A stretch of 64,000 nt of DNA from an uncultured Actinomycetes bacterium (lineage in GTDB: Bacteria; Actinomycetota; UBA4738; HRBIN12): the NCBI GenBank assembly GCA_964640085.1, contig CAZXFA010000005.1:46438-110437 (forward strand), written 5' to 3'. The position numbers and the translations under genes were made by a program. Below are positions 27,811-37,977 of the stretch, piece after piece (position 1 is the stretch's first letter; each line of letters begins with the position of its first letter). The notes below the pieces were generated by a model. It was not told where the DNA came from. It saw only the letters and a list, made by a program, of their open reading frames with translations, and made no database searches.

Positions 27811-29169
27811 ATGCCGCGACGGAAGGAGGTCCTCGAGCTCGCCGGGCGCGAGGTCACGATCACGAACCCGGACAAGATCTTCTTCCCCCGCCTGCGGCGT
27901 TCGAAGCTCGACCTCGTCCGCTACTACGTCGCGGTCGCCGAGGGTGCCCTCCGCGGGGTGTCGGGGCGGCCGATGGCGCTCAAGCGGTTCGTGGACGGGG
28001 CCGAGGCCGCGCCGTTCTTCCAGAAGCGGGCGCCGTCGTCCCGACCGGAGTGGATCGAGACGGTCGAGCTCCGGTTCCCGTCCGGGCGGACAGCGCGCGA
28101 GATCGTGGTCCACGACGCCGCGCAGCTCGCCTGGGTCGTGAACCTGGGCTGCATCGACCTGAACCCTCACCCGGTCCGGGCCGAGGACCTCGAGCACCCG
28201 GACGAGCTGCGGATCGATCTTGACCCCGTGCCGGGTGTGGTGTGGACCCAGATCGTCGAGGTAGCGCTGCTGGTGCGGGAGGTCCTGGACGAGCTCGGTC
28301 TGGTGGGGTGGCCCAAGACCTCGGGCTCCCGCGGCTTCCACGTGTACGGCCGCATCGAGCGACGGTGGTCGTTCCCGGAGGTACGGCGCGCGGCGTTGGC
28401 GCTGGCCCGGGAGGTCGAACGGCGGGCACCGGACCTCGCGACCAGCCGCTGGTGGAAGGAGGAGCGTCAGGGGGTGTTCCTGGACTACAACCAGAACGCG
28501 AAGGACCGGACGGTTGCCTCCGCCTACTCGGTCCGTCCGACGCCAGATGCGCGCGTCTCCGCACCGCTCGCCTGGGACGAGGTCCCCGGCTGCGACCCGG
28601 CGGCGTTCACGATGGAGACCGTCCCGGGTCGGTTCACCGAGCTCGGGGACCCGGCGGAGGGGATCGACGCGGCGGCCGGCTCGCTGGACCGCCTCCTCGA
28701 GCTCGCCGCCGAGCACGAGGCGGCGGGGTTCGCGGATGCCCCGTGGCCACCCCACTACGAGAAGCAGGAGGGTGAGCCGACGCGGGTCCAGCCCTCCAAG
28801 CGTCGCTCGGCCCCGGCCGGAGCCGTCCCATCGCCGGCCCCGGGCAAGCGGGTCGGACCCACCGGCCGCCGCCGCAGCACGATGCCCCTGATCGAGATCG
28901 CCCGCGCCGCCACCGAGGAGGAGGCGATGGAGGGCCTGCGGCGATGGCGGGAGCGCCACCCGGAGGCGTGGTCGTACCTCGCCCCGGCCGACGTGCTCGT
29001 GGACTCGATGCGTGGTCGTTCCACCACGTGGACCCGGATCCGGGTGAACCTGCGTCACGTCCCCGAGGCCGACCGCCCAGCCCAGGAGCCCCTGGAGGTC
29101 GATCACGACCCTTGGGAGGGCCTGACCGAGCGGCCCGGCTCCGGTTTCGACCGGGCCGGGGGTGGGTAG
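27811..29169 (+). CDS. LigD-type primase-polymerase (NHEJ PolDom-like) with C-terminal extension
   Basis: ITNPDKIFFP...KLDLVRYYVAVAEGALRGVSGRPMALKRFVDG...FFQKRAP...KTSGSRGFHVY...FLDYNQN motifs. About 150 extra C-terminal residues. Confidence 0.85.
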   Translation: MPRRKEVLELAGREVTITNPDKIFFPRLRRSKLDLVRYYVAVAEGALRGVSGRPMALKRFVDGAEAAPFFQKRAPSSRPEWIETVELRFPSGRTAREIVVHDAAQLAWVVNLGCIDLNPHPVRAEDLEHPDELRIDLDPVPGVVWTQIVEVALLVREVLDELGLVGWPKTSGSRGFHVYGRIERRWSFPEVRRAALALAREVERRAPDLATSRWWKEERQGVFLDYNQNAKDRTVASAYSVRPTPDARVSAPLAWDEVPGCDPAAFTMETVPGRFTELGDPAEGIDAAAGSLDRLLELAAEHEAAGFADAPWPPHYEKQEGEPTRVQPSKRRSAPAGAVPSPAPGKRVGPTGRRRSTMPLIEIARAATEEEAMEGLRRWRERHPEAWSYLAPADVLVDSMRGRSTTWTRIRVNLRHVPEADRPAQEPLEVDHDPWEGLTERPGSGFDRAGGG

Positions 29170-29217
29170 CTCACGACAGAGGGGTTCCAGATCGGAGTTC
29201 GAGAGGAGCTGATCGAT

Positions 29218-29709
29218 ATGGCGCTGCTCGTGCGCCACGTGATGAGCGAGGAGCCGAAGGCGGCCCGTCCCGATATGACCGCGGCCGACGCCGCCGGCCT
29301 GATGCGCACCTTCGACGTCGGCGCGATCCCCTTGACCGAGGGCGACCGACTGATGGGGATGGTCACCGACCGCGATCTGGTCGTCCGCGTGCTGGCGCAC
29401 CGAGCGGATCCGGCGAGGGTCAGGCTGGCGGACATCGCGACGACCGCGGCCGTCACGATCTCCCCGGACGCACAGCTCTCGGAGGCCCGAGACCTCATGG
29501 CCGACCGCCGGATCCGGCGGCTCCCTGTCGTCAAGGACGACCGGCTGGTCGGCATCGTGTCTCTGGGGGACATCGCCCTCACCGACGCCTCGCCCCGCGC
29601 GGTGGGCGAGGCGCTCCGGGAGGTCTCGGAGTCCGACTCGACCCGCTCGATGAACGAGGGGCCGGACCAGGGAACCCCGGAGCGGGTCCAGGAGCGGGAG
29701 GCCGGCTAA
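29218..29709 (+). CDS. CBS-pair domain protein
   Basis: Two CBS repeats (GMVTDRDLVVRV; RLPVVKDDRLVGIVSLGDI), 163 aa. Confidence 0.85.
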   Translation: MALLVRHVMSEEPKAARPDMTAADAAGLMRTFDVGAIPLTEGDRLMGMVTDRDLVVRVLAHRADPARVRLADIATTAAVTISPDAQLSEARDLMADRRIRRLPVVKDDRLVGIVSLGDIALTDASPRAVGEALREVSESDSTRSMNEGPDQGTPERVQEREAG

Positions 29710-31928
29710 CCGAGCCGGGCATGGGCCGGGCGGATCGTTGCGATCCGCGCCGGTTCGAGCTCCTCGGTGACCTCATCCACGCGGACGATCGCGGGGCGGT
29801 CCTTCCACGGGTTCCACAGCCGAACCTGGAGCCCATCGTCCGCCCGACGGATCGACGAGAGCACGGCCTCGCCCTCCAGCCGGAGGAGGACCCCCTCGTC
29901 GGGGAGGTCGCCTCCCCCGTCCGCGTGGACCTCGACGATCGGCAGCGCGAAGCGCTCCCACCGATCCCACAGGCCCCCGCGGGACGCCTGCGCCCAGATC
30001 CCGACCGCGAACGCCGTCTCACCGAGCATCTGCGCTTCGGGCGTCGGGACGTCGGGGCCCGCAGGGAAGGGGCGGGTGGCGAGCGAGTCCCGGCTGATCG
30101 TTCCGACGCAGCGGAGGAGCGTCACGGCCATCTCTCGCCCGTCCGGGACCTCGTACTCGAACACCCCCTCGTGGAGCACGGCCCTGCCGCCGGCGAGCAG
30201 GACGTGCCGGGCGGGCCAGGTCGGCGATGCCGCCTCGAGCCGGCTCCCTTCGCCTACGAGCGGCCGCTCGACGAGCTCGAACGGTGAGCCGGCCAGGACC
30301 TCCTCCGTCGCTCGGCTTAGGCCGATGTGGAGCCGGAGGCGATGATCGGGGCGCCGGTTGTCGACGACACCGTCCACCCGAACCAGGTCGCCTTCCCCCG
30401 CGTGCGAGAACCGTGCCAGGACGCGCAGCCCATCCCAGGTCGCCTCGAGGTGCGATCCGCGGATCCGGATCCCAGCCGGCGGCATGGCCACCTGATCCTC
30501 CGCGGCGGGACAGAAGTTGTAGAGATCCCCGACATCCGGCTCATCCAACAGACGGATCGGCACCCCGTCGGCCACGACCCCACCGCCGTCGGGGAGCGGC
30601 TCGACCACGACGGGCGCGGGACCGGCTGCGGGAGCCGGCGGCGCCACCGCCCAGCCATTGCCCGGCACGCCCTCTCGCCGGAACGGAGACGGGTTGAACC
30701 GCAGGCTCCCCGCCGAGCGCATCCGGGACGCGAGCTGCACCATCGCCCGGCCCACGACCCTCTCGCCGATCGTCCGCGCCTCGGCGAGACGAGCGTCCAC
30801 GTCCCACGCCACCTTGTCGTGCGAGCAGCCGCACACCGAGTCGTGGGCGCCGTTCCACAGGAGGAGCGTCCAGGCGCGGTCCAGCTCCTCGCTCGGCCAC
30901 GTGAACCCCGGGACCTGTGCCGCCAACGGCTCGGCTACCCGCTCGATCAACGTCTCCACGCGCCCGCGTTCGCGCTTCTGTGGCGCGCGGGCGGACACCA
31001 CGTTCGGCAACAGGTGCGCACGCGCCGCCGAACGGAGCTCGCCTTCCCAGACTGGGAGCTCCGAGGCGAGACCCTGTTCCTCGACGTGCTCGGCCAGACC
31101 GCCCACCCGAACATCGAGGTCCGGCATGGCCGGCCGGGCGCGCTCGAGTCGTTCCGGCAGTGTCGGATCCGGGCCGGCGTGGTCGTAGCCCACCATCACC
31201 AGCGCCCGGTCGCCTGCGAGGTAGGGACGCAAGCGCTCGACGCTCTCCGCGATCTCCTCCGCGAGCCGGGCCGGGTCGGCCGCCCGCTCGAGGTTGGCGC
31301 CGTTCGCATACCCGAACATCAGGTACTCGGCGAGGACCTCGCTCCCATCGGGGGCCCGCCACCGGAACGCGGTCCGGTCGATCGCGCGGGACACGCCGCG
31401 CCAGACCACCGCGCGCCCGATCCCGTGGAGGCGGAGGATCTGCGGGATCTGCCCGACGTGCCCGAACTGGTCCGGCAGGTACCCGATCTCGAGGGCGGGG
31501 CCGAGCTCCCGCGCGCGGAGAAGGCCCCGCTCGAGGTTCCGCACGTGCGACTCACCCGAGACCAGGAAGGCGTCCATCTGCGTGACCCACGGCCCGAGCG
31601 AGAGCCTCCCCTCGGCCACGACCCGCCGCACCTGGGGCTCGCGTTCGGGTCGGCGGGCCAGGTAATCGTCGATCATCGCCACCTGGCCGTCGGAGTGGAA
31701 ATGCGGGAACCCCGCCTCGAGGAGGTCGAGGAGGCCGTCCATCATCGATCCGAGGCGTTCGCAGAACACCTCGAACGGCTCGTACCACTCCCGGTCCCAA
31801 TGCGTGTGCGGGACCAGGGTCACCCGCAGGCCCGGAGGGGCGTTCCCGTGAGGAGGAGGGTGAGCCCCTGTTTCGAGCTCACCGCTCGGAACTCGAGACG
31901 AAGGCGAAGGTTCGAGCGACGGCGGCAT
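29706..31928 (-). CDS. Glycoside hydrolase family 38 (alpha-mannosidase / mannosylglycerate-hydrolase-like)
   Basis: VPHTHWDREWY N-terminal signature and the following GH38 blocks. Start uncertain: ATG 31928 or GTG 31823. Confidence 0.85.
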   Translation of the reverse strand: MPPSLEPSPSSRVPSGELETGAHPPPHGNAPPGLRVTLVPHTHWDREWYEPFEVFCERLGSMMDGLLDLLEAGFPHFHSDGQVAMIDDYLARRPEREPQVRRVVAEGRLSLGPWVTQMDAFLVSGESHVRNLERGLLRARELGPALEIGYLPDQFGHVGQIPQILRLHGIGRAVVWRGVSRAIDRTAFRWRAPDGSEVLAEYLMFGYANGANLERAADPARLAEEIAESVERLRPYLAGDRALVMVGYDHAGPDPTLPERLERARPAMPDLDVRVGGLAEHVEEQGLASELPVWEGELRSAARAHLLPNVVSARAPQKRERGRVETLIERVAEPLAAQVPGFTWPSEELDRAWTLLLWNGAHDSVCGCSHDKVAWDVDARLAEARTIGERVVGRAMVQLASRMRSAGSLRFNPSPFRREGVPGNGWAVAPPAPAAGPAPVVVEPLPDGGGVVADGVPIRLLDEPDVGDLYNFCPAAEDQVAMPPAGIRIRGSHLEATWDGLRVLARFSHAGEGDLVRVDGVVDNRRPDHRLRLHIGLSRATEEVLAGSPFELVERPLVGEGSRLEAASPTWPARHVLLAGGRAVLHEGVFEYEVPDGREMAVTLLRCVGTISRDSLATRPFPAGPDVPTPEAQMLGETAFAVGIWAQASRGGLWDRWERFALPIVEVHADGGGDLPDEGVLLRLEGEAVLSSIRRADDGLQVRLWNPWKDRPAIVRVDEVTEELEPARIATIRPAHARLG

Positions 31929-32021
31929 CGTCCTGCGGCCCAGGTCCTTCCTTCGCGCGAACAGCTCCAGCCCGACACGCTACCTGGAACGACCGCGTCG
32001 ATCCCTCGCGCTCTCCGAGCG

Positions 32022-34865
32022 CTACCCGCCAGGGGTCTCGGGGGCAAGGTCCTCCCGTGCGCTCGTCCGACGCCGGCCGCGCCGAAGGAGCTTCCACAGC
32101 TCGTCGGCCCACAGGACCGCGCTCGCCATCGCCACGCAGAGCGCCCAGTCCGTCGCCTCGATCGGCACGGTTCCGAACGCGCGGTTCAGGAACGGAACGT
32201 ACACCACGAGGAGCTGGAGCGCTGCGGACAGGGCAACCGCCCCCCACACGAACGGGTTGGTGAACAGGGTGGGGAACGCGCTTGCCTCGTCCGACCGGGA
32301 GTTGAACACGTTGAACAGCTGAGCCAACACCAGCACCGTGAAACCCAACGTCCTGGACTCGGCCAGGCTCCGGTCCCCATCGATCAGCCCGCCGGGGAGC
32401 CCCAGGTCGAGGGTGAGCAAGGTCGAAACCGCCATCGCCGAGCCGACCACGAGGATCCCGAGCCACATCGTGCGATCGATCAGCCGATCCTGCCGCGATC
32501 GCGGCCGCCGACGCATCAGTCCCGGGCTGGCGGGATCGACCCCCAGGGCCAGCGCTGGTGCCGCATCGGTCAGCAGGTTGATCCACAGGATCTGCGTCGC
32601 GAGCAGCGGGGTGGCGAACGCCTCGCCCGTGACGGACAGCCCGATCGTCCCGGCGAACACCACCCCCAGGAAGACGGTGAGCACCTCTCCAACGTTGGAC
32701 GAGAGCAGGTACCGGATGAACTTGCGGATGTTCGAGAAGATCGTCCGCCCCTCCTCGACCGCCGCCACGATCGTCGCGAAGTTGTCGTCGGTCAGGATCA
32801 CGTCCGCTGCCTGCTTGGCGACTTCCGTCCCCGTGATGCCCATCGCGATGCCGATGTCCGCGGTCTTCAGCGCCGGGGCGTCGTTCACGCCGTCCCCGGT
32901 CATCGCCACGACGTGACCCTCATGCTCGAGGGCCTCGACGATCCTCAGCTTGTGCTCTGGGCTCACGCGGGCGAACACGTGGGTCCCGCGCACCATCCGG
33001 ATCAGCTCCTCCTCGTCCGCGCGCTCGAGCTGCGAGCCCGTGACCGCAGAGCCGCTTCGGTCCCCGATCCCGATCTCGGCCGCGATCGCGGCGGCGGTCG
33101 CGGGATGGTCGCCGGTGATCATCATCGCGCGGACACCTGCGCTCGAGGCGGTACCGACGGCGCCTCGCGACTCCTCCCGCGGCGGATCCATCATGCCCAC
33201 GACACCCAGGAAGACCAGATCGGTCTCGATCGCCTCGTCGACCCGGTCCGGCTCCTCGATCCGGCGACGCGCGACGCCGATCGTCCGGAGGGCCTCGGCC
33301 GCCAACGCCTCGACCTGATCGGCGATCCAGGCCCGTCGCTCGTCCGTGAGCGGGCGCTCCTCCCCCCCGACCAGCTCCCGGCTGCATCGTTCCAGGAGGA
33401 CGTCGGGTGCGCCCTTCGCGAACACCAGGGAGCCCTCGTCCTCATCGGGATGGACGACGCTCATCAGCTTCCGCTCGGAGGAGAACGGGACCTCGCCGGT
33501 GCGCGAGGCGCGCGGGGGTGTCTGGGCCTCGATCTTCCGGGCGGCCACGAGCAAGGCACCTTCCGTCGGGTCCCCCTGGATCGACCAGGCATCGTCCCGC
33601 TGATCGAGGGACGCATTGGTCGCGGTGGCGCCCGCCACGAGCGCCTCCCGCAGCTCCCCTTCGAGCTGGCCGTCCTCCAGCGGTCGGTCGCCGACGACCG
33701 CCCGGCCGGACGGTTCGTACCCGCTCCCGGTGAGCTCGACGCGACCGCTCGGGCACAGGACCACGCGGACGGTCATCTCGTTCCGGGTGAGCGTCCCGGT
33801 CTTGTCGGTCCCGATCACCGTGGCCGACCCGAGCGTCTCGACCGCGGACAGGCGCTTGACGATCGCGTTGCGCTTGGCCATCCGCTGGACCCCGAGCGCC
33901 AACACGACCGTGAGAACCGTCGCCAGCCCCTCGGGGACCGCGGCGACCGCGAGCGAGACCCCCAACAGCAGCACGGCGACCAGGTCGGCCGACGTGTCCA
34001 GGTCGCTGGAGATCACGATCGTGAGGACGACGACGGCGGCGATCACCACCACCGCGATGCCGAGGGCGCGCCCCACTCGCTCGATCTCGAACTGGAGGGG
34101 CGTCCGGCGGGCCGGCGTGGACTCGAGCATCGTCGCGATCCGGCCCATCTGGGTCCCCTCCCCGGTGGAGGTGACCACGGCACGGCCTCGACCGAACGTC
34201 GCGACCGTCCCCATGAACACCATGTTCGTCCGGTCACCCACGGAGGCATCCCGGTCGACCGGTGCCACGTCCTTCGACACGGGCTCGCTCTCGCCGGTGA
34301 GCGCCGCCTCCGACACCTGGAGCGAGGTCACCTCCAGGAGACGGCCGTCCGCGGCGATCGCGTCCCCCTCCTCCACGAACAGCAGGTCGCCCGGGACGAC
34401 CTCTCGCGAGGCGATGCGGACGCGCTCCCCGTCGCGGATCACGGTCGCGGTGGGAACGGTCATCGCGCGGAGCGCGGCGACGGCCTGTTCGGCCCGCTCC
34501 TCCTGGAGCCATCCGAGGATGGCGTTGAACACCACGATCCCGGCGATCACGATCGCCTCTAGGGGGAGCCCCTCGGTCCCCTCGAGCCACCACACGACGA
34601 GCGAGACGACGGTCGCCGCCAACAGCAGCACGACGAGGACGTCCTTGAACTGGGCGAGGAAGCGACGCCAGCTCGGGACGGACGGGGGCTCGGGGAGCTC
34701 GTTCGGCCCGCAGCGCTCGGCGCGCGCGCCAACGTCGCTCGAGCTCAGCCCCTTCTCGGCGTCCGCCCCGAGACCGTCCAGCACCTCGGCGGCGGTCCGG
34801 GCATGCGGCGCCGCCCGTCCGAGTTCGGCGACGGACTCCGCGACGGCGGTCGGGTCGTGGGACAT
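32022..34865 (-). CDS. P-type cation-transporting ATPase (P2A, Ca2+/SERCA-like)
   Basis: DKTGTLT, PEGLATV, TGDGVNDAPALKTADIGIAMG and about 10 TM helices. Start is ATG 34865 (GGAG upstream) or GTG 34886. Confidence 0.9.
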   Translation of the reverse strand: MSHDPTAVAESVAELGRAAPHARTAAEVLDGLGADAEKGLSSSDVGARAERCGPNELPEPPSVPSWRRFLAQFKDVLVVLLLAATVVSLVVWWLEGTEGLPLEAIVIAGIVVFNAILGWLQEERAEQAVAALRAMTVPTATVIRDGERVRIASREVVPGDLLFVEEGDAIAADGRLLEVTSLQVSEAALTGESEPVSKDVAPVDRDASVGDRTNMVFMGTVATFGRGRAVVTSTGEGTQMGRIATMLESTPARRTPLQFEIERVGRALGIAVVVIAAVVVLTIVISSDLDTSADLVAVLLLGVSLAVAAVPEGLATVLTVVLALGVQRMAKRNAIVKRLSAVETLGSATVIGTDKTGTLTRNEMTVRVVLCPSGRVELTGSGYEPSGRAVVGDRPLEDGQLEGELREALVAGATATNASLDQRDDAWSIQGDPTEGALLVAARKIEAQTPPRASRTGEVPFSSERKLMSVVHPDEDEGSLVFAKGAPDVLLERCSRELVGGEERPLTDERRAWIADQVEALAAEALRTIGVARRRIEEPDRVDEAIETDLVFLGVVGMMDPPREESRGAVGTASSAGVRAMMITGDHPATAAAIAAEIGIGDRSGSAVTGSQLERADEEELIRMVRGTHVFARVSPEHKLRIVEALEHEGHVVAMTGDGVNDAPALKTADIGIAMGITGTEVAKQAADVILTDDNFATIVAAVEEGRTIFSNIRKFIRYLLSSNVGEVLTVFLGVVFAGTIGLSVTGEAFATPLLATQILWINLLTDAAPALALGVDPASPGLMRRRPRSRQDRLIDRTMWLGILVVGSAMAVSTLLTLDLGLPGGLIDGDRSLAESRTLGFTVLVLAQLFNVFNSRSDEASAFPTLFTNPFVWGAVALSAALQLLVVYVPFLNRAFGTVPIEATDWALCVAMASAVLWADELWKLLRRGRRRTSAREDLAPETPGG

Positions 34866-34937
34866 CGTCTCCGACACGCTACCCACGGTCGGGAGGGCTC
34901 CGCACCCTCCCGGGCCACCGCGGGGTCCCGGCCGGAG

Positions 34938-35813
34938 CTATCCGCGCGGGGGCGACGCCGGCGGGGGTGGCTCCCGGTCCTCAGACGTCGACCCGCCCTC
35001 GCCGGCAGGGGGCGGGGCGGGCGGGGTCACATCGCTCCCAGGTGGCGTCGTGGCCCGCGTCATCGGTTCGCCGGGGGACGTCGTCGCCGCGGGGGGCGGC
35101 ACCGCCCCGGTGACCACCTCGCCAGGAGGAGCGACGGGCGAGGGGCGCCGTCGTCGCGACATCACGATGCCGACGGCGATCGCGAGGACGAGCACCACGC
35201 CGGCGATGATGAGGATCGGCGTCAGGTTCGTGCCGCCGCCGGCCCCCTCGATCGCGCTCGCGGTCGCCCGGAGCTCGAGCCGCTCACCGATCGTCGGGGT
35301 CCAGCTGACGGTATTCCCGTCGACGTCACCGTTGGCGTCGGTGACCTCGCCCGGGAACGCGATCCGGATCCGCAGGTCCGCGTTCTGGAACGCGTCTCCG
35401 AACCCCGGGACGCCGGTCACGCCCGTCGCGCTCGAGAGATCGAGCACGCCGGAGACCCGGAACTCATCCCCTTCGCGGACGATCTTGAGGCTGTCGGGGT
35501 CATCGCTGGAGTTGAACTGCGCCAGCGGGACCGAGTCGAACGAGAACTGCTGTCCGGCGAACTCGTCGTCCTCGTAGGCCTCGGCCGAGACGCCCTCCAG
35601 GTCGGTGGGGAGCGGAGCCTCGGCCCCCAGGACGTCCCCGGCGGACTGCCCGGTGAGCTCCAGCAGCTCCTTGTCGATGGCGAAGATCAGCCGGCCGCTG
35701 ACCGTGTCGTCGGCGGAGACCTGCAGGTCCATATCCAGCTTCATGCAGGCACTGAGCAGGACCGCCAGGGCCCCCAACGCCGCCACGCGCAGGGTCGTCG
35801 TCCGCGCTCTCAT
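34938..35813 (-). CDS. LppM-family lipoprotein with C-terminal TM anchor and Pro-rich tail
   Basis: Lipobox LLSAC. MKLDMDLQVSADDTVSG start is typical of LppM. Late TM helix, then a P-rich tail. Confidence 0.8.
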   Translation of the reverse strand: MRARTTTLRVAALGALAVLLSACMKLDMDLQVSADDTVSGRLIFAIDKELLELTGQSAGDVLGAEAPLPTDLEGVSAEAYEDDEFAGQQFSFDSVPLAQFNSSDDPDSLKIVREGDEFRVSGVLDLSSATGVTGVPGFGDAFQNADLRIRIAFPGEVTDANGDVDGNTVSWTPTIGERLELRATASAIEGAGGGTNLTPILIIAGVVLVLAIAVGIVMSRRRRPSPVAPPGEVVTGAVPPPAATTSPGEPMTRATTPPGSDVTPPAPPPAGEGGSTSEDREPPPPASPPRG

Positions 35814-35899
35814 CCGAACCGCCCCTCTCGTCCCAGGTCCCCCCGGTCGCTCTCCACCCTATATCGGCGCGGACCGAGGCCGGCTGATGCGGCCACCCG

Positions 35900-36376
35900 T
35901 TATCCGCCGGAGAGCGCGGCAACGATCTCCTCCTCCAGGACGGACAGGTAGCCGTACAGGGCGTAGGCGCGTCGGGCCGTCTCGTCGCCCTCGAAGTCGC
36001 CCGGTTCGCTCTCCTCGGTGAGGCTCAGGCGCACACCGAGGACCAGGCGCAGGTCGTTGATCGCCGCCAGCCACGCCAGGAGGTCGTCCTCTCCGAGCCG
36101 ACGCGCGTCGATCGTCCGCTCCATCGTCTCGATCGCCCTCGCCCGCTCACCGACCAGCTCCTCCCGCACCACCTCGTCGAACTCCTCGGCCGCCCCGGGA
36201 TCGTCCAGGTAGGCGGAGGGGAAGAGCCGACGGAGCGCGGGGTCCGCGCTCGGGTCGGCCTCCGCGAGCACCTCCCGGAGCCGGGCCGGGAGGGTGCGGA
36301 GCACGTCCCGCTCGGCGGCGGGGATCCGGAGCTGGTACTCGCCTCCACGGGTGCGCTTCACCCGACCCAGCGCCAC
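35900..36376 (-). CDS. DUF2017-domain protein (usual ClpS neighbour in actinobacteria)
   Basis: YQLRIPAAERDVLRTLPARLREVL...LAAINDLRLVLG pattern, lying directly downstream of clpS. Confidence 0.8.
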   Translation of the reverse strand: MALGRVKRTRGGEYQLRIPAAERDVLRTLPARLREVLAEADPSADPALRRLFPSAYLDDPGAAEEFDEVVREELVGERARAIETMERTIDARRLGEDDLLAWLAAINDLRLVLGVRLSLTEESEPGDFEGDETARRAYALYGYLSVLEEEIVAALSGG

Positions 36377-36379
36377 GCG

Positions 36380-36673
36380 TCAGCGATCCTTCTGGAGCGT
36401 GGCCCACAGACCGTGCGCGTGGAGCCGCGCGACGTCGAACTCGCACTTCTCTCGAGGGCCTTCGGCGACGACGGCCTTCCCCCGCTGGTGCACGTCGAGC
36501 ATCAGCTTGGTGGCCTTCTCGCGGCTGTACCCGAAGAGCTTCTGGAACACGAACACCACGTAGGACATCAGGTTCACGGGGTCGTTCCAGACGATCACGA
36601 TCCAGGGGACGTCCGGACGGACGTCCGGATCGTCGGTCGGTCGTTCCGTCTCGACGGGTGCGGTCTGCGGCAT
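36380..36673 (-). CDS. clpS: ATP-dependent Clp protease adaptor ClpS
   Basis: [46 protein letters not shown] is the ClpS core signature. Confidence 0.9.
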   Translation of the reverse strand: MPQTAPVETERPTDDPDVRPDVPWIVIVWNDPVNLMSYVVFVFQKLFGYSREKATKLMLDVHQRGKAVVAEGPREKCEFDVARLHAHGLWATLQKDR

Positions 36674-36677
36674 GCCC

Positions 36678-37904
36678 TCAGGGTACGCGAGGCTCCACCT
36701 TGGGGGAGGAGCGCTCGAAGCGGGCCACCAGGAGCAGGATCCCGGCCAGGATCCCGGCCGGGACGAGGATCCACACCGGCCGCTCGATCCACCACCGGGC
36801 GGTGCTGTCCTGCTCGTGACCGAAGCCGAGCGGCCACAGCGCGAGGATCGCGAGGAGGTAGGCGGTCATGTGCCACAGGAACAGGGACATGATCACGCCG
36901 TTGACGGCGATGGTCGCCTTCCAGGCTCGCGGACCCTGTAGCCAGCGCGACAGGTGGGGGCGGACGAGCATCACCGCTCCGATCGACCACAGTCCACCCA
37001 GCATGAAGCAGACCGTCGGAGGGTACGCGTTGGAGATCTCCTCCACATCGGTGCCGAGCAGGCTCTTCGGGTAGTGCCCGATGCCGGGGAACCAATCGAA
37101 TCGGGCATCGCCGAAGGGCCGGAATGCCCATGGGTTGGTGAGCAGGACCAACCCGAGCAGCCCCACCACGGCCATCGCCGCCTGCAGGCCCCGGCGCTCG
37201 GTCAGCCGGCCGTCCGCATAGAAGAACCCGAGCTGGTGCGGGAGCAGGAGAACGGGGAGGATGTTGAGGTACCGCATCTCCCGAAGTCCCATCCCGAACC
37301 CCACCGCGTCCACGACGACGACCATCGCGATCATCGAGATCGGGATCGCGGATCCGAACCGACGGTGGAGCGCGATCAGCGCGGGGGCGAACACCACCAC
37401 CAACAGGTAGAAGCCCAGGAACCACAGGGGCCCGAACGGCAGCGTCTGCGCAGGCGGATCCATCCCGCGGAGCAACTCGGTCTCGCCCCACAGCGGCGGC
37501 CCCGTGGGCCGACCCACGTCCCCGATGTGGAGGGCCAGCTGCACCACGGTCCACGCCCCGAGGAAGACCAACGAGGGGCGCAGGAGACGGCGGACCCGGC
37601 TCCGGACGAAGGCCCCGGTCGTCTCGCCCCGGGCGCGGAAGGACCGGTACGCCGTCAGGTTCGAGAACCCCCCGACGAAGAAGAAGATGGGCATCACCTG
37701 GAAGAACCACGTCCCCAGCCACAGGCCGCTCGTCACGCCCACCGCGCTGGCGAGGTACACGAGGCCCTCCTCCCGGTGAACGATGCCGATGAACCAGTGG
37801 CCGAGGACCACGGCCAGGATCGAGACCGCGCGGAGGAGGTCCACGTACCGATCGCGCGTCGCAGGCGTCCCGGCCACGAGCTCGTCGAGCCGGCTCTTCC
37901 CCAC
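36678..37904 (-). CDS. Acyltransferase family 3 membrane protein
   Basis: [21 protein letters not shown] start and about 10 TM helices. GTG start with AGGAG upstream. Confidence 0.85.
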   Translation of the reverse strand: MGKSRLDELVAGTPATRDRYVDLLRAVSILAVVLGHWFIGIVHREEGLVYLASAVGVTSGLWLGTWFFQVMPIFFFVGGFSNLTAYRSFRARGETTGAFVRSRVRRLLRPSLVFLGAWTVVQLALHIGDVGRPTGPPLWGETELLRGMDPPAQTLPFGPLWFLGFYLLVVVFAPALIALHRRFGSAIPISMIAMVVVVDAVGFGMGLREMRYLNILPVLLLPHQLGFFYADGRLTERRGLQAAMAVVGLLGLVLLTNPWAFRPFGDARFDWFPGIGHYPKSLLGTDVEEISNAYPPTVCFMLGGLWSIGAVMLVRPHLSRWLQGPRAWKATIAVNGVIMSLFLWHMTAYLLAILALWPLGFGHEQDSTARWWIERPVWILVPAGILAGILLLVARFERSSPKVEPRVP

Positions 37905-37977
37905 GGCTCACTCCTACGCCCGCCCGCGCGCCGGGTCAACGAGGTCGAGAGTCAGGAGGCAGTGGCTCCGGGTGCGC

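Noticed and set aside
30327-34562. Very long ORFs with Arg/Pro/Gly/Asp/His-rich translations. Examples: 30327..34562 + (1411 aa), 37783..41388 +, 5968..8361 +, 21421..24219 -, 56238..58898 -, 61559..63949 -, 15317..17863 +.
   Set aside because: They run antisense or off-frame to ORFs with clear family motifs (GH38, P-type ATPase, PP2C sensor, amidohydrolase and others). Their composition is low-complexity, as is typical of stop-poor non-coding frames in high-GC DNA.
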